A DNA stretch of 64,000 nucleotides, from contig JASANG010000932.1 in the NCBI GenBank assembly GCA_030248215.1, positions 310,001 through 374,000 of the forward strand, given 5' to 3'. Made by a program: the position numbers and the translations under genes. The notes beneath the pieces are model-generated. The model had not been told where the DNA came from. It made no database searches and saw only the letters and a list, made by a program, of their open reading frames with translations. This document shows, piece by piece, positions 1 to 24,100 of the stretch (position 1 is the first letter of the stretch; each line of letters begins with the position of its first letter). Source of the stretch: Enoplolaimus lenunculus (lineage: Eukaryota).

Positions 1-1640
1 GAATGAGCATATTCCTAATCCTAAGCTTAAGCGTAAGAATGAGCATATTCCTAACCCTAAGCTTAAGCGTAAGAATGAGCATATTCCTAATCCTAAGCTT
101 AAGCGTAAGAATGAGCATATTCCTAATCCTAAGCTTAAGCGTAAGAATGAGCATATTCCTAATCCTAAGCTTAAGCGTAAGAATGAGCATATTCCTAATC
201 CTAAGCTTAAGCGTAAGAATGAGCATATTCCTAATCCTAAGCTTAAGCGTAAGAATGAGCATATTCCTAATCCTAAGCTTAAGCGTAAGAATGAGCATAT
301 TCCTAATCCTAAGCTTAAGCGTAAGAATGAGCATATTCCTAATCCTAAGCTTAAGCGTAAGAATGAGCATATTCCTAATCCTAAGTTTAAGCGTAAGAAT
401 GAGCATATTCCTAATCCTAAGCTTAAGCGTAAGAATGAGCATATTCCTAATCCTAAGCTTAAGCGTAAGAATGAGCATATTCCTAATCCTAAGCTTAAGC
501 GTAAGAATGAGCATATTCCTAATCCTAAGCTTAAGCGTAAGAATGAGCATATTCCTAAGCCTAAGCTTAAGCGTAAGAATGAGCATATTCCTAAGCCTAA
601 GCTTAAGCGTAAGAATGAGCATATTCCTAATCCTAAACTTAAGCGTAAGAATGAGCATATTCCTAATCCTAAGCTTAAGCGTAAGAATGAGCATATTCCT
701 AATCCTAAGCTTAAGCGTAAGAATGAGCATATTCCTAATCCTAAGCTTAAGCGTAAGAATGAGCATATTCCTAATCCTAAGCTTAAGCGTAAGAATGAGC
801 ATATTCCTAATCCTAAGTTTAAGCGTAAGAATGAGCATATTCCTAATCCTAAGCTTAAGCGTAAGAATGAGCATATTCCTAATCCTAAGCTTAAGCGTAA
901 GAATGAGCATATTCCTAAGCCTAAGCTTAAGCGTAAGAATGAGCATATTCCTAATCCTAAGCTTAAGCGTAAGAATGAGCATATTCCTAATCCTAAGCTT
1001 AAGCGTAAGAATGAGCATATTCCTAATCCTAAGCTTAAGCGTAAGAATGAGCATATTCCTAATCCTAAGTTTAAGCGTAAGAATGAGCATATTCCTAATC
1101 CTAAGCTTAAGCGTAAGAATGAGCATATTCCTAATCCTAAGCTTAAGCGTAAGAATGAGCATATTCCTAATCCTAAGCTTAAGCGTAAGAATGAGCATAT
1201 TCCTAATCCTAAGCTTAAGCGTAAGAATGAGCATATTCCTAATCCTAAGCTTAAGCGTAAGAATGAGCATATTCCTAACCCTAAGCTTAAGCGTAAGAAT
1301 GAGCATATTCCTAACCCTAAGCTTAAGCGTAAGAATGAGCATATTCCTAATCCTAAGCTTAAGCGTAAGAATGAGCATATTCCTAAGCCTAAGCTTAAGC
1401 GTAAGAATGAGCATATTCCTAACCCTAAGCTTAAGCGTAAGAATGAGCATATTTTTAATCCTAAGCTTAAGCGTAAGAATGAGCATATTTTTAATCCTAA
1501 GCTTAAGCGTAAGAATGAGCATATTCCTAACCCTAAGCTTAAGCGTAAGAATGAGCATATTCCTAATCCTAAGCTTAAGCGTAAGAATGAGCATATTCCT
1601 AATCCTAAGCTTAAGCGTAAGAATGAGCATACTCCTAAGC
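1..1640. repeat. 36-bp tandem satellite (GAATGAGCATATTCCTAATCCTAAGCTTAAGCGTAA, ~45 copies, runs off the window start), derived from the interior of a TTAGGC-bearing MITE
   Basis: Near-identical 36-bp units are seen directly; the 595-aa ORF is only the 12-codon periodicity. The array runs straight into a MITE right end (~1640-1737, ...CCCCTGATCTTTAGAAAGGCC). The same unit occurs once inside the MITE copy at 40043-40246. It lies in an intron of the DEG/ENaC gene. Confidence 0.95.
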
Positions 1641-1911
1641 CTCAACGTAAGCCAAGCAAAAAGATTAGTCCAAATCTTAAGCTTGCTCTTTCTAGTCCCA
1701 CAGGAAAACGTTGCGCCCCTGATCTTTAGAAAGGCCGCTACCAATTATGCAAAAATTCAAAATTTAGCATATTTTGCAACCAAATATTAGTCGGCAATTT
1801 TTAGAATTTTCAGATCTGTCGTCTCCGCAATCTGTTTCCGTTTTCTAATTTATTACTCACTGACGATAGGTGCTACATACAGTTGACAATACGGCGCTGG
1901 ACACTGCTTAC

Positions 1912-12272
<10,361 letters not shown>

Positions 12273-12309
12273 CTACAATGTGTTTTTGGTTTTTTAAACT
12301 TAATTTACT

Positions 12310-12610
12310 TTTTAATTAAATTTGAGTAAAATAATTTTTTGGCCGGTGAATGTTTCACTTAAATTTGAATAAAATTATTTTTCAGTCGATTAATTTTTCA
12401 CTTAAATTTGAGTAAAAATAATTTTTCTATTGGTTGATTTTTCACTTATATTTGGTTAAAAATTATTTTTCGGTCGATTAATTTTTCACTTAAATTTGGG
12501 TAAAAATTATTTTTCGGTCAATTAATTTTTCACTTAAATTTGAGTAAAAAGCATTTTTCGGTCGATTAATTTTTCACTTAAATTTGAGTAAAAATTATTT
12601 TTCGGTTGAT
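12310..12610. repeat. ~44-bp AT-rich tandem repeat (~7 copies)
   Basis: Unit ATTTTTCACTTAAATTTGAGTAAAAATTATTTTTCGGTCGATTA, just upstream (intronic) of the TM1 exon. Confidence 0.85.
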
Positions 12611-13340
12611 TTTTTCTATTTTTTAATATAAACACAATATTATGTCAATTGAGGGGGGGTCGAACAAAAATGCAACGCGTGCTGGTACATTTAGTACCAT
12701 GCACAGCCCAAGCAGTTGCACACTCTTCTGCAATGTGGACATCATCCGCTCTTGATTGATTGACTGGGTGTGTCAAAATTATATAAATATTGACCAGGGA
12801 AGTTAGTTTTCCTGTGGAGTTAAAATTATATGCCACACCAACATTATAACAGTAGTATAAGCATATTCCTAAGCAAGCCAAAGCCTAATCGTACGAACAA
12901 GCTTACTCTTAAAGCCAAAAGCTAAAAAAATAGTCTAAAGCTTATTAGCTTAATCTATTGCAGTCCCGCATAAAAACGTTCCGCCCATGATCGTTATACA
13001 TGAATTGAACACTTGATGCCATTTTGTCTTGCCAAATACTTATAATGAAATTTAAGTATTAATTTTTAAAATTAATACTTTATTTTCTATTTGTTTGTAT
13101 TTTTTCATTGTTTTCATATATGTTTACAATTTTGAATAACAATCGATCATATCTGTTTGCCATTTCGGTATCAGATTGGTTTTTTTTTCAAAGCCGGTTT
13201 AAAATTAGCAAAGTATTCTGGTTTTGCGCAAGTGCCTCATGTAGCTACTACACATGAAAATCTGCTGTTTTGTAAGCTTTAGAATGGTTACTTTGTGATA
13301 TTATTGGTCGAACAGACCCGAAACCAGCCTCCGAATGTAG

Positions 13341-13693
13341 GGCCCATGTTACTTTAACGGGCGTCCAGGTTTCTGGTGAGTCTATAAAAGAGTAGGTTTA
13401 GATTCTAGATTACATTGGTTTGCTTAGGCTTAGGCTTAGACTTAGGACTTGATTTTTGCAACGTAGGTTTAGGCGTAGGCTTAGGAATTAATTTTTGAAA
13501 CGCGTAGGCTTAGGCTTAGGCTTAGGACTTCATTTTTGCAACGCTTAGGCTTAGGCTTAGGCTTAGGACTTCATTTTTGCAACGCTTAGGTTTAGGCGTA
13601 GGCTTATTAGTTCATTTTTGAAACGCTTAAGCTTAGGCTTAGGCTTAGGAATACGCTTAATCTACTGTTACGCCCTTTAAAGTAACATTGGCC
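13341..13693. mobile_element. GGCC-ended MITE with internally multiplied TTAGGC blocks (Merlin-like)
   Basis: Perfect 8-bp TSD GAATGTAG (13333-13340, 13694-13701); TIRs GGCCCATGTTACTTTAA / TTAAAGTAACATTGGCC. Confidence 0.85.
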
Positions 13694-16600
13694 GAATGTA
13701 GAAACTACGTTTATATTTAAGGATGAGGTGACAAAACTTATCTGACTCAAAATTTCTTTCTATGTTTTCTTTAAATCAAGGGGTGAAGCGAGACTTGACC
13801 ATTTTATAACGACCCCTAAAGCAGAACTTTCTGTTACAAACAAGCAAAAATTGGCCATAAATCGAAGAATTGACAAAACAGCAAACAACTTTTTTACAGT
13901 TTAATGTTAATTTAAAGATGTTTTTATGTGTTTTAGCGTTTTGCTAAATGTTTTCAAATTTGAAATTTTGAAATCTTAATCTTAAAGTACCCCAGTAACA
14001 CTTTACAAAATTTAAATTATCAAAACGCTATTATTATATTGATTCTTTAAAGACATGCCGCCAAATGGCGATAGCGGGCCCGTAGTCAAGGCGGGAAACC
14101 AGAGGTGCTCAGCTCTCTTATAAAAATAGCTGTCTCTAGCAATATGAGCTGTCTACTGGTCTTGGTGATAGCTGCTACACACATTTGAGAATTGTGCTAA
14201 AAATTACATCGGCTGCTATCATTTTGTACCGACCGTGAAACAATATTGTTTAAAAACTTCGCAATGCGCAAAAGTGTAAGCGAATGCATAAAAATCTGTA
14301 TACAAATTTTCTCTTTTGAACAATCCCGTCTATGTGCTATGAAATTATTGTAAACAAATTATGCTGCAAACTTGGTAAAAATACGTATGTGGGGTATTCC
14401 AGGTTTAATTATATAGATTTTAACATCTAATAATAATTTACAATTCCTAGTGAAAAAGTGCATAAATATTGAAATGGTTGACGTTTGTGAATTTTGCAAC
14501 AACTTAGAACTGTTTCTTGTAATAATTTTCGTAACATAGAATATATCAATCACACGGTGAACCAATATCCAGAATAAATATTTATGAACGAAAAGTCATA
14601 AATTAGCAGAAATTCAAAAATCAAATACAAATTAACAACAATAATTTGTGAGTTTCGTTTGAACCTTACGTGAAATATTAAAATTTAAACAAAATTCTAC
14701 TTTTGACTAATTACACCTGCATAATATCGCAATTCCTTGGGTAATATTCCAATTTCATTAATAGCACAATTTCTCAAAATCCCGAGCGAAAAACGTAGCG
14801 CGCATAGATGATATACATTTTTTCCAATTTTTTGAAAATTTCTATTTTTGCCTCAAATTATCGTTGTTCTTTGCTATTTGTGTCAGTTAAAAAACACGAC
14901 GATTATTCTATACCAAGAGCCCGTATTCTCAAATGTGTGTTGCGCTTAAAGAACCAGTTGACGATACGTCCAGTAACATTGTAACCAGGCGCATGGTGAG
15001 GTTCGAAATTCAACACGTTGTTTGCGTTTGATTTGTCATACTTTTGTACCAATTTTGAGATCTGCAATTGAAGTTGTTCGTCAGGTTGAAAACCTGTCGC
15101 TAACTGGTGATAGGTACTCAAGGACGGATCCAGGGGAGGGGGTATGCATCAAGCTCCCCTGCATCCGTGTGCCTATGCACCCGTCTAGCATACGCGCGAA
15201 CCAAAGCCTACTTGTAAACTTTAGCCGTAGGCGCAAGCTTAAGCCTAAACCTGAGTCCCTAAACCTAAACGTCTGAACAGCCTAAGCTGTTTGGAAATTG
15301 GGATATTGCAAGGAAAATAATAGGATTTTGGTGAATGGGAATATTACTCAGGAAATTGGGAGGGACCTGTTCTATACATGGGCCAGTGTGTGTGTGACTT
15401 TGTGGCTATTTTTATATGCTTAAAAATACGTATGAACATGTGTCAAAACGTAACATTTTCCACTTGTGCATCGCCCGCATCAGAAATTTCCGGATCCGCC
15501 AAAGCACTATACGCAATTGAGAATATAGACTTTTTAAGCCTATCGCTAACTGATGATAGATGCTATACGCATTTGAGAATATGGGCCAATCTACAACCGG
15601 AGATCTGCCTCCGTCTGCGGCTCAGGCAGATCCGGTACTAACGGAATAGTTGTAGATCGGTCGTTAAACTTAAAAAAAATTAAGAAAATATTTCAGGTTC
15701 GTTTGACTTACTTGTTTTTGATGCCAAATTTAATATCAAATAGCAGACGTAAACATAAAAGAGTGACCAGCCAAGAGATCCATATATTATTCGTTTACAA
15801 GATAAAATATATATCAGATACTCGGCAGGAATAAACATATGTCGCATCCTGAACATTTATTTGTCTCAGGTAACAAGTACACCCCGCTAAATACTAAATG
15901 AAGTAAACAATGGCTGGGTTGCACAAAAATGCACTGCAAATAATGGTGAGTCAAATTGATTGTCTCCGAAATAGGCTCTACGGGACTGCACAAAATGAAT
16001 CAAATTCGACTCAGCCAAAGTCAAAACTCACTGAGGCACACGTTTGACTTTGGCGGAATCGAATTTGACTCAGTTTGCGTAGTCCCATAGAGTCTATTTC
16101 GGAGAGAGTCAATTTGACTCACCATTTTTTTGCAGTGTGAGTCGACCTTTTAATTAAGGAATCAATTTACGACTTAAGTCGTAGCTATGCGCACATGGAA
16201 TTGGTAGGGTCTCAGACATAAGTACTAAAAGCTAAAATTTATGCCAGGATAAATCTTAAGTGTTTTCACATACTTTCTCCAATGAATATTTTCAATTTCA
16301 TATGAAATGCAATTTCAAGGTAAGATTCGATCCCCTGTTTCACTGGTGGGAGGCGTTTACGATGACCACTGAGCTATAGGAGCTGGACGGTCGGGCCCGA
16401 GTAGGCTTTCACGTCTTGTGGAGATTCTGCACTGTGCGTGTATGTTATAAATGTTAAAAACTGCTCACAGTGTGTGTATTGCTCGTACATTATTGTATTC
16501 AGTTGATCATAGTATACTCTATAAGTGAAAGGGTATTCTAACAACGCTACCCCTGTGCCCACAAATACCAACATAACAGCGTTTCAAATGCAGCTTGTTC

Positions 16601-16998
16601 ATGTTGAATGATAAGATTTTAATGATATGAAGTGTAAGAAATGGCTTAAAGTTGATTAAGTTAACCATATCTAGATTGGATTGAAGTGAAACGAGTTAAA
16701 CGAGTTAAGCCGGCCTTGGACTTGAGTCCAATTCAAATTTAACACGAACAACTGACCTAAATTTGAAAAGCGAAATATCTTAATAACAGCGCAGCTCACA
16801 TTCCAGTATTAATGTCACTTCAAAATCAAGTCTAAAACTGTAAATTAGCATAGTTTCCGACAGCATCATCTGGCGAGTAAAATTTTTTTTGAGAACCTTT
16901 CTTGAGTTTACTTGAGACATGTATGTTCAACCCAGCCATTGTTAGCTCAACAATTAGCACAAAAAATGTATTATTAACCAATCACATTGCAACCAAAA

Positions 16999-17947
16999 GT
17001 TGTTCGAGTTTTGTAGCCAATCGCTGTTCCAGTTGTTCGAATTTTGTAACCAGTAGCTGTTCCGGAAGAGTTGTTTGAGATTTATAACCAATCGTGTTCC
17101 AGTTGTTCGAGTTTTGTAACCAATCGCTGTTCCAGTTGTTCGAATTTTGTAACCAATATCTGTTCCGGAAGAGTTGTTCCATTTTTGTAACCAATAGCTG
17201 TTCAAGTTGTTCGAGTTTTGTAACCAATATCTGTTCCGGAAGAGTTGTTCGAGTTTTGTAACCAATATCTGTTCCGGAAGAGTTGTTCCATTTTTGTAAC
17301 CAATAGCTGTTCAAGTTGTTCGAGTTTTGTAACCAATATCTGTTCCGGAAGAGTTGTTTGAGATTTGTAACCAATCGCTGTTCCAGTTGTTCGAATTTTG
17401 TAACCAATATCTGTTCCGGAAGAGTTGTTCCATTTTTGTAACCAATAGCTGTTCAAGTTGTTCGAGTTTTGTAACCAATATCTGTTCCGGAAGAGTTGTT
17501 TGAGATTTGTAACCAATCGCTGTTCCAGTTGTTCGAGTTTTGTAACCAATAGCTGTTCCAGTTGTTAAAGTTTTGTAACCAATAGGCTGTTCCGGAAGAG
17601 TTGTTCGAGTTTTGTAACCAATATCTGTTCCAGTTGTTCAAGTTTTGTGCCCAATAGCTGTTCCGGAAGAGTTGTTCGAGTTTTGTAACCAATAGCTGTT
17701 CCAGTTGTTCGAGTTTTGTAACCAATAGCTGTTCCAGTTGTTAAAGTTTTGTAACCAATAGGCTGTTCCGGAAGAGTTGTTCGAGTTTTGTAACCAATAT
17801 CTGTTCCAGTTGTTCAAGTTTTGTGCCCAATAGCTGTTCCGGAAGAGTTGTTCGAGTTTTGTAACCAATAGCTGTTCCAGTTGTTCGAGTTTTGTAACCA
17901 ATAGCTGTTCCAGTTGTTCGAGTTTTGTAACCAATAGGCTGTTCCGG
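16999..17947. repeat. Minisatellite of mixed 33-bp and 38-bp units (GTTGTTCGAGTTTTGTAACCAATAGCTGTTCCA / ...CTGTTCCGGAAGA)
   Basis: Direct tandem units; repeated at ~20266-21125 (inverted) and ~25139-25952 as part of the triplication. Confidence 0.9.
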
Positions 17948-18434
17948 ACACGACATATATGTTTATATATGATTATTACAAAATAAAATAATCGTACAAA
18001 CTATAAACGCATTGGCATATAAGAATCGGCATTATTTATGGCGTACAATTGAAGCAGAACTAAACCAAAAATTATTGTTCAGTTGAAACAAATTGACGTA
18101 AAGTTAAAGCGGAATCTAGCGAAGCGACCATATTTATAATCTAAATTGTTAATTGTTGTTGTAGTTGAAGTTGTTGATGTTGTTGTTGTTTTATATTTTT
18201 ATAATTATTTTTATTATTATTGTAAGTACTAATATTATTATTGTTATTGTAACTAAGATGTAGATATTGATTTCGATTCTTATTACTAGTGTAAATTTTA
18301 TTATTATTGTTATTATTATTATTATTATTGATTTTGTTATTTATTATTATCATTATTATTATTATTACTATTATTATTAATTATTATTATTATTACTGAT
18401 ATTATTATGATTATTATAAATAATATTAATGTTT

Positions 18435-18475
<41 letters not shown>

Positions 18476-18921
18476 GCTGTTGTTGTTGTTGTTGTTGTTG
18501 TTTTTTTGTTTGTTATTTTTTTTGTTGCTGTTTATTTTGCTATTTTATGAATGTTTTATGAATAAATATTATTTTAACGTTAACTCTCGGACCTTTGCTT
18601 CGGTTCGTTTATTTTTGTTCTAGCTCCCAGACTCTACCACTCTCACACTAGCAAAGCACACCCCACACCACAACCCCCCCACCAGACCACAACCCCACAC
18701 ACCAACATCCGTGCTATCTAGGAAAATTGATTTGATGTATTTTTTTTTTAAATCTAAAATTTTTTTTTTTTGAAGATTAAATGTTAATTTTTTTTTTTAG
18801 ATAGTTTATTTATTATTTTTATTTTTTTTATTTTATTCAATATATTTATTTTTTAATTTTATTAATATTTTATAAATTTAGTTAAATATTTGATATTATT
18901 TTTAGATTATTTTTTTTGGTA

Positions 18922-19628
18922 AGTTGCCGTTGCTGGCCAAGCGCCCGTTCCTGGACAGCATGCTATCCGCGATTTTGTACCACATCACGACGCCGCGCAG
19001 GGCGATAGGCTTGTAAGCGGCTTCGGCGGAAATCCTGAAGGTCGCGCAATGGCGTCAGGGGTGGGATCGCATATGGTAGGCGAAATTGCGGCAAATTGGG
19101 GAGTACCGCCAGAACCAGAATACGAACTCAATCAACCGCACCGGATACAGCTGCAAGACTTCGTCCCACATCATACTATTTCTGAAACCGAAGGCAGGGA
19201 TATTCATCCACCGTTTGGAAGCGCTCTGTACGCCCGAGCGGCGCAAGGAGACGGGGGTGTAGGTCGTCTAGGACAATCTGCCCCTCCTCAGCGAGAACCA
19301 CTCATTTCAAATCAATTTGGCTTCACCATCACACTCATCAGCCGTTGGACGAAACCGCATGGCAACAACAACGAATTATAGGCGCTGCCGATCCGGACCA
19401 CCCAGCTACTCCATGGTCTGGTGGACCGACCGGACCGGGCCAGGAAACTGCCTGAAGTGCGGCCTCCGCCGCCACCACAAGTAATCCGCTATCGAGTCCA
19501 GCCTGATCAGTTGCGATCCGACGAAATTTGGCAACCACAAGCGCATGGCGGTGTGGGCCGCAGCTGGCCTGCGGGCGAAGTTGTCTCGATTCAAGGCAAC
19601 GAACCGAAGCAATGGCCTCCGAGTAGTT
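18922..19628 (+). pseudogene. Inverted, frameshifted partial copy of the 3' part of the 518-aa gene (probably artefactual)
   Basis: Reverse complement of ~26586-27298 with small indels that split it into ORFs 19049-19381 and 19421-19630; no 5' part. Confidence 0.7.
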
Positions 19629-19733
19629 AACGTTTAAATAATATTTATTCATAAAACATTCATTAAAATAGCAAAATACAACAGCAACAATAATAATTAC
19701 AAACAAGAAAACAACAACAACAACAACAACAGC

Positions 19734-19777
<44 letters not shown>

Positions 19778-20265
19778 AAACATTAATATTATTTATAATA
19801 ATCATAATAATATCAGTAATAATAATAATAATAATTAATAATAATAGTAATAATAATAATAATGATAATAATAATAACAAAATCAATAATAATAATAATA
19901 ATAACAATAATAATAAAATTTACACTAGTAATTAGAATTGAAATCAATATCTACATCTTGAGTTACAATAACAATAATAATATTAGTATCTTACAATAAT
20001 AATAAAAATAATTATAAAATATAAAACAACAACAACATCAACAACTTCAACTACAACAACAATTAACAATTTAGATTATAAATATGGTCGCTTCGCTAGA
20101 TTCCGCTTTAACTTTACGTCAATTTGTTTCAACTGAACAATAATTTTTGGTTTAGTTCTGCTTCAATTGTACGCCATAAATAATGCCGATTCTTATATGC
20201 CAATGCGTTTATAGTTTGTACGATTATTTTATTTTGTAATAATCATATATAAACATATATGTCGT

Positions 20266-21125
20266 GTCCGGAACAGCCTATTGGTTACAAAACTCGAACA
20301 ACTGGAACAGCTATTGGTTACAAAACTCGAACAACTGGAACAGCTATTGGTTACAAAACTCGAACAACTCTTCCGGAACAGCTATTGGGCACAAAACTTG
20401 AACAACTGGAACAGATATTGGTTACAAAACTCGAACAACTCTTCCGGAACAGCCTATTGGTTACAAAACTTTAACAACTGGAACAGCTATTGGTTACAAA
20501 ACTCGAACAACTGGAACAGCTATTGGTTACAAAAACTTCAAACAACTCTTCCGGAACAGCTATTGGGCACAAAACTCGAACAACTGGAACAGATATTGGT
20601 TACAAAACTTGAACAACTCTTCGGGAACAGCCTATTGGTTACAAAACTTTAACAACTGGAACAGCTATTGGTTACAAAACTCGAACAACTGGAACAGCGA
20701 TTGGTTACAAATCTCAAACAACTCTTCCGGAACAGATATTGGTTACAAAAACTCGAACAACTTGAACAGCTATTGGTTACAAAAATGGAAACAACTCTTC
20801 CGGAACAGATATTGCCCCACTTAGTTACACAAACTATTGTGCAACAGAACAACTCTTCCGGAACAATACAAAACCAAACAACTTACAAAAGATATTGGTT
20901 ACAAAACTCGAACAACTTGAACAGCTATTGGTTACAAAAATGGAACAACTCTTCCGGAACAGAAATTGGTTACAAAATTCGAACAACTGGAACAGCGATT
21001 GGTTACAAAACTCGAACAACTGGAACACGATTGGTTATAAATCTCAAACAACTCTTCCGGAACAGCTACTGGTTACAAAATTCGAACAACTGGAACAGCG
21101 ATTGGCTACAAAACTCGAACAACTT
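20266..21125. repeat. 33/38-bp minisatellite, inverted copy
   Basis: Reverse complement of the 16999-17947 array, with a garbled patch at ~20815-20895. Confidence 0.85.
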
Positions 21126-24100
21126 TTGGTTGCAATGTGATTGGTTAATAATACATTTTTTTGTGCTAATTGTTGAGCTAACAATGGCTGGGTTGAACAT
21201 ACATGTCTCAAGTAAACTCAAGAAAGGTTCTCAAAAAAAATTTTACTCGCCAGATGATGCTGTCAGAAACTATGCTAATTTACAGTTTTAGACTTGATTT
21301 TGAAGTGACATTAATACTGGAATGTGAGCTGCGCTGTTATTAAGATATTTCGCTTTTCAAATTTAGGTCAGTTGTTCGTGTTAAATTTGAATTGGACTCA
21401 AGTCCAAGGCCGGCTTAACTCGTTTAACTCGTTTCACTTCAATCCAATCTAGATATGGTTAACTTAATCAACTTTAAGCCATTTCTTACACTTCATATCA
21501 TTAAAATCTTATCATTCAACATGAACAAGCTGCATTTGAAACGCTGTTATGTTGGTATTTGTGGGCACAGGGGTAGCGTTGTTAGAATACCCTTTCACTT
21601 ATAGAGTATACTATGATCAACTGAATACAATAATGTACGAGCAATACACACACTGTGAGCAGTTTTTAACATTTATAACATACACGCACAGTGCAGAATC
21701 TCCACAAGACGTGAAAGCCTACTCGGGCCCGACCGTCCAGCTCCTATAGCTCAGTGGTCATCGTAAACGCCTCCCACCAGTGAAACAGGGGATCGAATCT
21801 TACCTTGAAATTGCATTTCATATGAAATTGAAAATATTCATTGGAGAAAGTATGTGAAAACACTTAAGATTTATCCTGGCATAATTTTAGCTTTTAGTAC
21901 TTATGTCTGAGACCCTACCAATTCCATGTGCGCATAGCTACGACTTAAGTCGTAGATTGATTCCTTAATTAAAAGGTCGACTCACACTGCAAAAAAATGG
22001 TGAGTCAAATTGACTCTCTCCGAAATAGACTCTATGGGACTACGCAAACTGAGTCAAATTCATTCCGCCAAAGTCAAACGGTGCCTCAGTGAGTTTTGAC
22101 TTTGGCTGAGTGAATTTGATTCCTTTTGTGCAGTCCCGTAGAGCCTATTTCGGAGACAATAATTTGACTCACCATTATTTGCAGTGCATTTTTGTGCAAC
22201 CCAGCCATTGTTTACTTCATTTAGTATTTAGCGGGGTGTACTTTTACCTGAGACAAATAAATGTTCGGATGCGACATATGTCTTATTTCCTCCCGAGCAT
22301 CCTGATATATATTTTATCTTGTCAAACAAATAATATATGGATCTCTTGGCTGGTCACTCTTTTATGTTTACGTCTGCTATTTGATATTAAATTTGGCATC
22401 AAAAACAGTAAGTCAAACGAACCTGAAATATTTTTTTAATTTTTTTAAGTTTAACGACCGATCTACAACTATTCCGTTAACGCGGATCTGCCTGAGCCGA
22501 GCGAAGGCAGATCTCCGGTTGTAATTGGCCCATATTCTCAAATGCGTATAGCATCTATCATCAGTTAGCGATAGGCTTAAAAAGTCTATATTCTCAATTG
22601 CGTATAGCGCTTTGGCGGATCCGGAAATTTCTGATGCGGGCGATGCACAAGTGGAAAATGTTACGTTTTGACACATGTTCATACGTATTTTTAAGCATAT
22701 AAAAATAGCCACAAAGTCACACACACCTGGCCCATGTATCACCGGTCCTTCCAATTTCCCTCAGTAATTATTCCATTCACCAAAATCCTATTATTTTCCT
22801 TCCCAATATCCCATTTCCAAAGCAGCAGATTTTCTTCAGGATCCAGGTTACTTAGCTTGCGCCTACGCTGTACCAGTTTGGTTGTCCCTATCACCACGAG
22901 AGGGAGCGATGCATACCCCTCCCTGACCTCTGACCTATCCCGTTAGCGATTTTTTGAAAATTTCTATTTTTGCCTAAATTATCGTTGTTCTTTGCTATTT
23001 GTGTCAGTTCAAAAGCCAAACGATTTTTTTCTATACCAAGAGCCCGTATTCTCAAATGTGTGTTGCGCTTAAAGAACCAGTTGACGATACGTCCAGTAAC
23101 ATTGTAACCAGGCGCATGGTGAGGTTCTAAATTCACACGTTGTTTGCGTTCATTTGTCATTATCTTTTGTACCAATTTTGAAATTCAATTGAAGTTGTTC
23201 GTCAGGTTGAAAACCTGTCGCTAACTGGTGATAGGTACCTAAGGACGGATGCAGGGGAGGGGTATGCATCAAGCTCCCCTGGATCGTCCCCCGCCGATGC
23301 ACCCGTCTAGCATACGCGCGAACCAAAGCCTACTTGTAAACTTTAGCCGTAGGCGCAAGCTTAGCCTAAACCTGAGTCCCTAAACCTAAACGTCTGAACA
23401 GCCTAAGCTGTTTGGAAATTTGGATATTGCAAGGAAAAAATAATAGGATTTTGGTGTAATCGTAAAAATATTACTCAGGAAATTGGGAGGGACCTGTTCT
23501 ATACATGGGCCAGTGTGTGTGTGACTTTGTGGCTATTTTTTATATGCTTAAAAATACGTATGAACATGTGTCAAAACGTAACATTTTCCACTTGTGCATC
23601 GCCCGCATCAGAAATTTCCGGATCCGCCAAAGCACTATACGCAATTGAGAATATAGACTTTTTAAGCCTATCGCTAACTGATGATAATAGATGCTATACG
23701 CATTTAAGAATATGGGCCAATCTACAACCGGAGATCTGCCTCCGTCTGCGGCTCAGGCAGATCCGGTACTAACGAAATAAGTTGTAGATACGGTCGTTAA
23801 ACTTAAAAAAAAATTAAGAAAATATTTCAGGTTCGTTTGACTTACTTGTTTTTGATGCCAAATTTAATATCAAATAGCAGACGTAAACATAAAAGAGTGA
23901 CCAGCCAAGAGATCCATATATTATTCGTTTACAAGATAAAAATATATATACCAGATACTCGGCAGGAATAAACATATGTCGCATCCTGAACATTTATTTG
24001 TCTCAGGTAACAAGTACACCCCGCTAAATACTAAATGAAGTAAACAATGGCTGGGTTGCACAAAAATGCACTGCAAATAATGGTGAGTCAAATTTATTGT

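Noticed and set aside
3..1790. 595-aa ORF (MSIFLILSLSVR)n
   Set aside because: By-product of a stop-free 36-bp satellite lying antisense in an intron; the unit derives from a MITE.
12645..12881. Possible first DEG/ENaC exon (contains AVHG)
   Set aside because: Runs into repeat-derived sequence, no compatible phase-2 donor was identified, and the true HG motif is already in exon 12272-12107.
16999..17947. CRISPR-like appearance of the 33/38-bp repeats (also the 36-bp and 21-bp arrays)
   Set aside because: Units are contiguous with no unique spacers, there are no cas genes, and the context is eukaryotic.
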